64,000 bases of DNA from Epiperipatus broadwayi (Eukaryota > Animalia > Onychophora): the NCBI GenBank assembly GCA_028023455.1, contig JAQFVV010000008.1:6882001-6946000 (forward strand), written 5' to 3'. Below the pieces are notes generated by a model. That model saw only the letters and a program-made list of their open reading frames with translations, ran no database searches and had not been told where the DNA came from. Both the position numbers and the translations under genes were made by a program. Of this stretch, positions 55,601-64,000 are shown piece after piece; positions within the stretch are counted from its first letter, which is position 1; every line of letters starts with the position of its first letter.

Positions 55601-56300
55601 AGACTTAATAAATCCTAATTTTTTAAGTAGCGGAAGTTGTGTTATATTTAGAAACAAAGAAAGAACATTGTAAGTGAATTAAATAATATTTACATGAGTT
55701 AAATAATATAAAAAGAAAACATTACAACAAAATATTTTGGATAAGATAAATTCATGCTTAGATATTTTCATTAGTAGAAAATATTTATATTTCAATTAAT
55801 TAAAGAACTAGACAATTTAGAGATCAAGTAAGCTGATTAAAATTAAAAGAATTGTTCCTGTTTTAGAAATGTAAATAGCATTATAAGTAATTAGATTAAT
55901 AATCCAAATCTAGAAATTACCATGGTATTCAAAGATAGTTGAAAGATTATAATGGTGCTACCTCTGGATGATTTAGAATGGGATTAAAAACACAACTTAA
56001 GAAGAAAATAGATATATACATGCTTGCCACCTTAGAGCTGCATTATGTTATGCACTAAGGACAATTGCAAGGATGAACTTTGAGGGTATAAGAGGGCAAT
56101 GGAGTACTAATGAATTTCCATCACTGAAGGTTCCAAAGTGGACTTTTACAGGCCACATAAGTCTTATTATTTTATATACTTCCATGGCTATGTATATGTA
56201 AGTGTTATTTTAATATTTTTATATTGTTTTCTTGCTGATCAAATAGACATCAATTATTAGTTAATCGAATTGTTTAAATAGTTTTTATTTGTGCTTACTC
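52612..56300 (+). mobile_element. Old internally deleted Mag-type Gypsy element with two diverged LTRs
   Basis: Direct repeats from 52612 and 55640; gag remnant YDRVLRQLAKSCKYGD; integrase remnants (IHQSH, WPDINKEIE..KTCDKC, FLVVINAY.KW); no RT motif seen. Confidence 0.8.
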
Positions 56301-56392
56301 ATGGTGACAATACACAAAACATTTAAAGGCAAGTTGCACAATTTGTGACTTGTTTTAGTAATTATATATATACAGTATATATATATTAAGGA

Positions 56393-56955
56393 TGTTATAG
56401 TTCTCCTTTCCTTCAGAAGTGGACTATTCCAGATTCCTTCTTTATCTGATTGGAATAAGCATTGTTTGCTGAAGGCCAATAGGCAATTCTGATTGCTGAA
56501 TCCAAATGTTCCAGTGAGGTTAGGGATATGGCAATAAATGGTCAGCATTTTGGAGGAAAAGGGAGAGAATGTCTGTCTGACCTACAAAGATGGTATGCGT
56601 TCTCCAAGGGAAGCCCTACTAACTTGAAAAGCAATAAGCATTCCTACAATAGCTATATGCTACTTATCCACATAGCTAGGCAAGTTCACAGAGGGACTGG
56701 ACACTGCTAAGATTACTGTTGACTTGAGGCAAGTTGTTTTGTACAGCCGGAAGAGTCATTCTTCCTACCTGTGAGACAAACTATCAGGTGTAGCTGGAAG
56801 TGGTAGAACCACAAAACCCAGATCCAAGAGTTTAAATTATAACTATATTATTATGTATTGTATATATTTGTAAATATAATAAATATTATATTAATTGTAA
56901 TACTGGTGTTAGTATTATTTTCTGTAGGTTGGGTCTGTAATCCAGACCAAACACA
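56393..56955 (+). repeat. Possible solo LTR
   Basis: TGTTATAG...CCAGACCAAACACA, GC-richer core and AATAAA; no TSD found. Confidence 0.35.
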
Positions 56956-57201
56956 TCTTATTGAAAGATGCTTTTATGTAATCATTTATTGTTATATAAT
57001 CTTTTTCCATTTTATTTATTTATTTACATGAAAAAAAAAAAATTATATTTATTCCCTATTTATGATACAGGTATATAAGGAAGCTTTATATATTTACGTG
57101 TTTTTTATATTTTAAATGTTTGCATTTCTTTTACATATATGTGTCAATTATATAATTTTATTTGTATCCATATATTTATGTGATTTTTTTTTTTAAAATA
57201 G

Positions 57202-57290
57202 CTATACATGAAAAATGTTTTATCATTTTTATGATAAGTGGTATAGCATATATGTTAGTAACATGTGCGCTTTGGAAACATCTTAATCAG
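57202..57290 (+). CDS. PGAP2: PGAP2 coding exon 3
   Basis: T-rich ...aaatag acceptor; phase-1 join gives ENY-A-IHEKCFIIFMISGIAYMLVTCALWKHLNQ (cf. PGAP2 IHExxFIxF..S..MLxTCxLW); CAG|GTAATA donor. Later exons not seen. Confidence 0.9.
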
Positions 57291-59216
57291 GTAATATTTC
57301 TTTATTTATATTTTTATTATTGTCATGGTTAAATATTTTATACCACTTAGTCAATTTATTTATAGCACTTTCAATAAAAACATAATATTAAATTATTATA
57401 AGGATAGTATTAAAGTATGAAAATTATATCTTTAAATTATAGCTGTTTATTTGAGCATAGAATTGTCATATTTTTGATATTAGTGTTAGGGAAGAGGAAG
57501 TTATAATTATAACAAAGCAATTGATTTAATAACCATTAGACATTTTTGATTGTTGTTATATGAACATTCTTTCTTTATTCCTCCTGTCCCAAATCTTTTT
57601 TTTTAAGAAAAAAAATATGGTCTTTCTTATTTTATAATTTTGGAAATTATTAGTCTAAAGTTCTTTCTAGTGGTATTATTTACTACCACTTCTCAAATGA
57701 ATCAAGAAGCATTTAAATTGAGGCTTTGCTTCTAATAAGTTAAGTTATATAATTTACTGTAAACCTTGATGTTTGTAAAATATATCTAATGTTCAGTTCA
57801 GGATAGTATAACAATTAGATAGGAACAAAAAGTAATAAAAATGATAACAAAAAACCCTACTGATAAATCATAGACTTAGCATAATGGAGTAGTACATCTC
57901 TATTACTACTAAATTATATAACAATTGATTTTTGTTATTTTTATAGTGAGGGCACTGACACTCATCTAATTAATTTATATTAGTCTGGGATCTTTACCTC
58001 TAATTAATAATAAATATGTTAAATATGTATTAATTTGTAACTAATATTGAATGGTTACTGGGATTAGCAAGTTCCACCTAGCTGGAAAAAAACCCCTTAG
58101 CCTGCTTCAGACTCCAAATAATGAGGCAGGCTGATATCCTATAAGGCACTGAGAGCTTTAAAGCAAATAAGCCTGACCCTAAAATTATATAGTAAAATTT
58201 TTAAAGTAACAAATTAATTATATAACAATTCAAAATATTTGGAGATATCCCTAACTGTTCTTTTTAGAAGTTTTTGATATTGTTTTTTATTTATTTAACT
58301 TTTTAATATGCAGAGAGTTTGTCTAACTCTTTAAAGTTTTGGGGATACTTTACACTCTGAAAACAGCTATTATTTGATGACTGGAACAGTACTGGGAGAA
58401 TATAGTTTTAGTGAGCTGTTGAAGATTATTAATCTGCCAGCAAGTATGTCTTTTGATCACATGTTGTAAATTTTTGATCTTCTGACTTAATAGGTGTTTT
58501 TTAATTCACCAAAAAATTTTAACCAATGGGATTTCTGGCTGATTTGATGCTGCTCTTGTTCCCATGTGGTGTATGATAATTGAATTTCTTGATTGATACA
58601 GATTTGGCATTGTTTTTCCTCTTTGTAGGAGTTTATTTTTATTTTAAAGACTTTTTTTTAGAGTTTCTTGGTGATTCTAGGAAAAATCTGCATAACAAAC
58701 TATTTCTATTCTAAATCTTAAAAGAGGAATTTTTATGCAGTAAAAATTCCAAAGAATGGATTAACTATTTTAATCAATTAGATAATTGCCTAATTAACTT
58801 TCTCTATGATCAATATATTCTTAAGAATTATAATGATTGTTGATCAACTGGTTAAATCTACTTTCTTAGTTGATAGAATGTTAAGATGACTAAAGTAAAA
58901 ATCTTTATTGCTAAATGTAATAAGTAATTAATATGTGATAATATGCTGGACTATTTCTCTCATCTATCATTAAATGTTGAATATCTAAAAAAATTTAAAC
59001 TTTTCTAAATACAAACAATTATTAGCAATAATAAACAAAGGCAGTACAGGTTAATAGATTACACAATGCTTCGGGTAGTATTATTCTCCACTCTTCTTAT
59101 GGTATTGCTGGTCTGAATATCACTGTATCAGCCATTATATCAGTAAAAGACTTTAGTATTTCAGAAATTATCATGAGAAGTAAATTTTCATTAGTTCTAG
59201 AACTCTATTATATATA

Positions 59217-59471
59217 TAAACAAAATATACTAGAATAATTCTACAAAATTAAAAATGCCTATATAACATTAAAAAATAATTTCTTTGCTATAGCCAGTTT
59301 AAAAATATCTATATAAAATTTAAAAATAATTTTTTTGCTATAGCCAGCTTACAGTTTCTTCTGCCATGGCGTAAGAAGCTATAAGCTGGTTATAGCAAAG
59401 TACCGAAATTATTTTTTAATTTTATATAAGCATTTTTAATTTTGTAGAATTATTCTAGTGTATTTTGTTTA
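59217..59471. repeat. Fold-back palindrome, ~100-bp arms, internal duplication in the left arm
   Basis: taaacaaaatatactagaataattctacaaaattaaaaatgc... is complementary to ...gcatttttaattttgtagaattattctagtgtattttgttta. Confidence 0.85.
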
Positions 59472-60276
59472 TTATATTTATATCACTTGATATTATATAT
59501 ACTATCATTTATTTCAAAGTTTCAGCTTGTTTTATTGTAACTATTCCTATAGTTATTACTTGTACACTTTTAACTTATTTTTAGTATAATTGGCAAAGAA
59601 AATATTTTTGAGTACTCAAAATGCAAGCACTCTGAATACCAACATATAAAACAATAAATGATAATAGCAAAAAGTTATTGCTACACACACAACACAATAT
59701 ATATAGTTCACTTTTGGTTCACTTCCCATAATGTACTTCACAACTGGCTGTTTTCTAGACAGTTTCCTCTGGCCTCGGTTTCCCAAACTCTTTGGTCCTG
59801 TTTAGCTGCTGCTTGCAAACATATTGGTTTCACACTAGAGCACTTTCAGCTATTGTCACTTAAAATCTCTCAACACCCGTTCACTTGGTAAATTCACTGG
59901 AAAATCAGAACAATTCACTTTGTTGCTCAAACTATTTATCCACCTTTTGGTCCTGGCAATCCAGGCTTTATTCTTGACAGTTATTAGTCTTGATTTCCTC
60001 TTTGCATTTTTAATTAGTATTGTGATTTTTAATTAGAAAATATCTCTTGTCATTTATTAAATGCAATGTTCTTATCACAAATACGTAAATTTAATTGCTA
60101 ATTAAATACTTATCAGTTAGCAATCTAAAATATATTTCTTTAATATATTTTCCTTATTTTTTCTAGAATACAAAACTTATACTTAAATTTCCATAAACAT
60201 ATTTATACAAAACATGACAAATATTAGTCATTTTTATTAAAATTTTAATCTATTTCAAGACTATCTGTTACTAATC

Positions 60277-60962
60277 TGTTATGTTGTAGTACGATTAATA
60301 TTAAGAAAAAATACGTTTGAAACTGTGTGTACTCCAGAAGTTGAAATTGTTAAATAATTACATGTGAAAGTAAACGAGTTGATTTAATAAAAATGAAAAT
60401 TAGAAATTACAAATGGTTTTTCATATATATATTTTATAAAAAGCAAGGTGTAAAACAAGATGGAAGATCCGAATAAATAATTAATTAAATGAAGGATTAA
60501 AAATGTAAAGAACAATTTAATTAATTAGTTCAGAAATAAGCCCAGAATAATTTGGTGATTAAAATTGATAAGGAATAAACAATAGAACAAAAAGTAGATA
60601 TAATCTAGCAGAGAAAGGACAGATTAGTGTCAGTCCTGATTTTCTGAGAGACTTAAGTGTAGCGTGAATTCAGAACAGGACCAACGATGGGAGGAGAACC
60701 AGATATTCGGGTCTGAAGGTACCAAAGACCGACCTAGGGTAATTATACAGACTATACCTGTCTTATTATTATTTTTGTAAGCCTTACAGGCGCTAGTAGA
60801 ACTAATGATAATTCTGTTTATAAATGATTGTTATTTTTCATACTAATAAAATCTTGTATCTGTTAAGTGGGATATCTTAATTTTATGCAAGAGAGTAATA
60901 GTTACTTGAATTAGGTGTATTTGGTTGTTTCTCGTAAGTAACATTAAATCAAGTACATCACA
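60277..60962 (+). repeat. 5' LTR of young Mag-type Gypsy
   Basis: TGTTATGT...ACATCACA terminal inverted octamer with one mismatch; AATAAA near 60846; followed by a PBS. Confidence 0.75.
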
Positions 60963-60966
60963 ATTT

Positions 60967-60976
60967 TGGCGCAGTC
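60967..60976 (+). promoter_or_regulatory. Primer-binding site, probably tRNA-Ser
   Basis: TGGCGCAGTC four bases after the LTR; complementary to a tRNA 3' end GACTGCG-CCA. Confidence 0.65.
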
Positions 60977-61059
60977 AGGAGAAAACCTGTTTTTCAAGCT
61001 TTATGAAAGAAGTACACCGAACAGTAATTCAGAAGTCGGTGAGTTGTTAAAGAATTAAA

Positions 61060-64000
61060 ATGTCGATAGGACAAGCTAATATATCGGAATTTGGGATAGA
61101 TAATCCGCATGAATGGCCCTTTTATGTGCTTCAATTACAAAATTATTTTAAGTTAAATAGTATTATTGAAAATGACAGGAAAGTAGCAGCGTTATTATGT
61201 TTGTCAGGTAGAAAAGTTATTGAAATAGTAAACAAATTGTATAATGGACAAGTTACAGATAGTAGTAACTACGATGACCTGGTTCAAAGACTAACAGATT
61301 ATTTTAGCCCAAGACCATCAAAGTATTTAGCTAGGTTAAAATTGAGGAACCGCAAACAAGACAAACTCGAATCGATTAAAGAATATGATATTGTTCTACG
61401 CCAATTAGCAAAGAATTGCGAGTACGGCGACTTTGTGGAACAAATTCTTATTGACCAGTTATTATGGGGAATGAAGGACGATAAATTGCATCAATCGTTA
61501 TTAATTGAAACTCAGATGACTTATGAAGGTGCTATTCAAAAGGGAATAGTATACGAATCAGTGGTAGAACAAGCTTTAGCTTTTTCAAATAGAACGGAGG
61601 AAAACTCTAGGAATACTATTTTTAAAATAGAGAGAAAGGATAAGGATTGTACTAAAGAAGGGAAAAGTTTCGAAATAAAATGTTTTTGTTGTGGTAAAGT
61701 AGGTCATTTGTCTAAAAGCTGTAAATGGAGGAACGAAAAATGTTACAACTGTGGGGGCAAAGGCCATTTAGCAGCAGTGTGCAAAAAACCTAAACGAAAA
61801 TCTGAATATGGTAAAGATCAGAAACAGTGGAAAACAGTAATTAAAAAAAATATCTTAAAAAATGAGCAGGATCAATTCATGCTAGAGATTAAGTTAAGTA
61901 ACAAAAGAGTAGAAATGGAAATAGATAGTGGCTCAGGAATTTCTTTAATATCTATGAAAAAGTGGAAGGAAATATCCACAGATAGCCCTCAGATTAAAAT
62001 ACAGAAAGCTAACATTAACGTTAGAGATGTCAACGGGAACCCGATCAAGTTAATTGGGAAATCCGAAGTAATAGTTGGTTTTAAAAATAAAAACTACAAA
62101 TTACCTATATATATAGTAGATAAAGATATTAGTCCGTTAATAGGAAGAAACTGGTTTAAAGACTTAGGCATTAAATTTAATATAGTTAAAAAGGTCTCGG
62201 TGGAAAAAGAAATGATAGAGTTATATCCGAATTTATTTACGGAAGATTTAGGTTTGATAAAATCAAAGCCCATTGACTTGCACTTAAATGAAAATGCTAA
62301 ACCGGTTATTTGTAAACCGAGAAAAATACCTTTTGCCCAAAGGCAGTTAGTAGAGGAAAAAATAGAAGCATTAGTTAAAAAAGATGTGTTATCCCCAGTC
62401 GAGGAGGCGGATTGGGCCACGCCGATTGTTGTGTTAACAAAACCAGATGGAAAAATTAGGCTGTGTGGAGATTATAGAACAACAGTAAATAAGTATCTTA
62501 ATAAAGGAGCTTACCCGGTGCCGAATGTACATGAGATTCTCAGTAATCTAGCTAAAGCAAAAATTTTTATGAAATTGGATTTAAATTCGGCATATCATCA
62601 ACTAAAAGTTACAGATGATACAGCTCGGTTATTGACAATTATGACCCCTTTTGGATTATTCAAATGTAATCGTCTCCCTTTTGGAATTACATCAGCTCCA
62701 AACATATTTCAAGCAAAAATAAATTCAATATTACAAGGCTTGGAAGGAGTGATGCCATATTATGATGATATTTTGATTGCTGCGACGTCACCGGAAAAAT
62801 TAAGAAGTAAAATTCAGGAAGTATGCGAGAAACTAAATAATGCAGGGGTAAAATTAAATGTTAAAAAAAGCATTTGGGAAACTGAAGAATTAAAGTTTTT
62901 AGGCCATCTTATTTCGGAAAAAGGGAAAAGTCCATTAACTGAAAAAATTAGGGCAGTCAAAGATGTTCCAAGCCCAATAAATGTCAAGCAACTTCAAGCT
63001 TTCCTAGGTTTGATTAATTTTTTTGAACCTTTTCTAAAGAACAAAGCGATGGTCGCAACTCCTCTATACGAACTGCTACGCAAAGATCAGAAATGGATTT
63101 GGAATACCAAACATGAAAAAGCGTTTAAAGCAGTTAAGGAATTGTTAACCTCTAGTAGCTTATTAGTGCATTTTGATAGCGACAAAGACATCACTATTAC
63201 TACGGATGCATCACAATATGGAATCGGAGCAGTTTTAGCGCATCAAATAGACGGGCATGAACGTCCTGTAGCTTATGCTTCTCGGACTTTGTCTAAAGCT
63301 GAAAAAAATTATAGTCAGCTGGACAAAGAAGCTTTGGCAGTCATGTTTGCTGTGAAAAAATTTCACCAGTTTATATATGGATGGAAATTTGAATTAGTAA
63401 CAGATCACAAACCTTTGTTAGGGATTATAGGAAAAGATCGTCCGATGCCAGAGCATTTAAGTCCATGCATGCTCAGATGGGCTAATACACTTACTGCTTA
63501 TGATTTCAATCTAAAATATCAAAAAGGAAAGATAATTTCTCATGCGGACGCTCTATCTAGAGTGCCCGGAAATAATGACAACTATGAAACTGATGTGGAA
63601 GTTAATCACATTGACAATATGAAATCACAAGTCATAAATAGTAAAGTAGTTCAGACATGGACAAATGAAAATGATGGGTATGTGTTACTTAGGAAATGGA
63701 TAAGCAAAGGTTGGCCTAATAAAAAACCTGAAAATTTAGCAATGGGGTTTTGGGTCAATAGAGACCAATTGTCGGTCTGTAAAGGGTGTATTAATATGGG
63801 AGACAGAGTAGTTATACCTCCTATAGGGAGAATGAAAGTTCTAGAACTTTTGCATCAGGGGCACCCAGGCATCATGCGAGCTAAAGCTCTAGCTCGGAGT
63901 TATGTTTGGTGGCCGCAGATAAGTAATGATATTGAAAAGTATATTAAGAAATGTGATAAATGTAAGTCTGAAATAGCTCTGCCGAATAAACAATATTCTT
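61060..64000 (+). CDS. Intact single-frame gag-pol polyprotein of a Mag-clade (K02A2.6-like) Ty3/Gypsy element, open at window end
   Basis: Read codon by codon without a stop: two CCHC knuckles (CFCCGKVGHLSKSC, CYNCGGKGHLAAVC), protease EIDSGS, RT IRLCGDY and YYDDIL, RNase H TDASQYGIG and TDHKPL, integrase HHCC (HQGH...CDKC). Confidence 0.95.
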   Translation, partial: MSIGQANISEFGIDNPHEWPFYVLQLQNYFKLNSIIENDRKVAALLCLSGRKVIEIVNKLYNGQVTDSSNYDDLVQRLTDYFSPRPSKYLARLKLRNRKQDKLESIKEYDIVLRQLAKNCEYGDFVEQILIDQLLWGMKDDKLHQSLLIETQMTYEGAIQKGIVYESVVEQALAFSNRTEENSRNTIFKIERKDKDCTKEGKSFEIKCFCCGKVGHLSKSCKWRNEKCYNCGGKGHLAAVCKKPKRKSEYGKDQKQWKTVIKKNILKNEQDQFMLEIKLSNKRVEMEIDSGSGISLISMKKWKEISTDSPQIKIQKANINVRDVNGNPIKLIGKSEVIVGFKNKNYKLPIYIVDKDISPLIGRNWFKDLGIKFNIVKKVSVEKEMIELYPNLFTEDLGLIKSKPIDLHLNENAKPVICKPRKIPFAQRQLVEEKIEALVKKDVLSPVEEADWATPIVVLTKPDGKIRLCGDYRTTVNKYLNKGAYPVPNVHEILSNLAKAKIFMKLDLNSAYHQLKVTDDTARLLTIMTPFGLFKCNRLPFGITSAPNIFQAKINSILQGLEGVMPYYDDILIAATSPEKLRSKIQEVCEKLNNAGVKLNVKKSIWETEELKFLGHLISEKGKSPLTEKIRAVKDVPSPINVKQLQAFLGLINFFEPFLKNKAMVATPLYELLRKDQKWIWNTKHEKAFKAVKELLTSSSLLVHFDSDKDITITTDASQYGIGAVLAHQIDGHERPVAYASRTLSKAEKNYSQLDKEALAVMFAVKKFHQFIYGWKFELVTDHKPLLGIIGKDRPMPEHLSPCMLRWANTLTAYDFNLKYQKGKIISHADALSRVPGNNDNYETDVEVNHIDNMKSQVINSKVVQTWTNENDGYVLLRKWISKGWPNKKPENLAMGFWVNRDQLSVCKGCINMGDRVVIPPIGRMKVLELLHQGHPGIMRAKALARSYVWWPQISNDIEKYIKKCDKCKSEIALPNKQYS

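Noticed and set aside
58099-58132. 11-bp stem hairpin (agcctgcttca/tgaggcaggct)
   Set aside because: Short and isolated; plausible by chance or as repeat debris.
10221-59891. Numerous 60-120-aa F/I/L/K-rich ORFs in the supplied track
   Set aside because: Expected by chance in very AT-rich DNA, or antisense to TE relics; no motifs or splice support.

Overview
AT-rich, CpG-depleted animal genomic DNA. The ATG13 and PGAP2 sequences look arthropod-like, possibly chelicerate or myriapod, but that is an inference. Two host genes lie head-to-head with start codons only 319 bp apart. ATG13 (minus strand) shows only its first coding exon, 19360-19524. PGAP2 (plus strand) shows three coding exons, 19844-19987, 39013-39268 and 57202-57290, separated by introns of ~19 kb and ~18 kb. 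Almost everything else is intronic transposon material. This includes a non-autonomous LTR element with ~2.7-kb LTRs (1619-10006), several RTE-clade LINE copies (one a TSD-flanked 5'-inverted insertion), hAT and mariner relics, three fold-back palindromes, a Gypsy relic, an old deleted Mag-type Gypsy, and a young Mag-type Gypsy whose gag-pol ORF is open to the window end. The most unusual item is a 1.85-kb element (42002-43849) with 29-bp TIRs, TG..CA ends and an exact 6-bp flanking duplication, a combination I cannot assign to a known superfamily. I saw no CRISPR array, rRNA or intact tRNA. All identities and family assignments are by eye; no searches were run. Boundaries of decayed relics are approximate.
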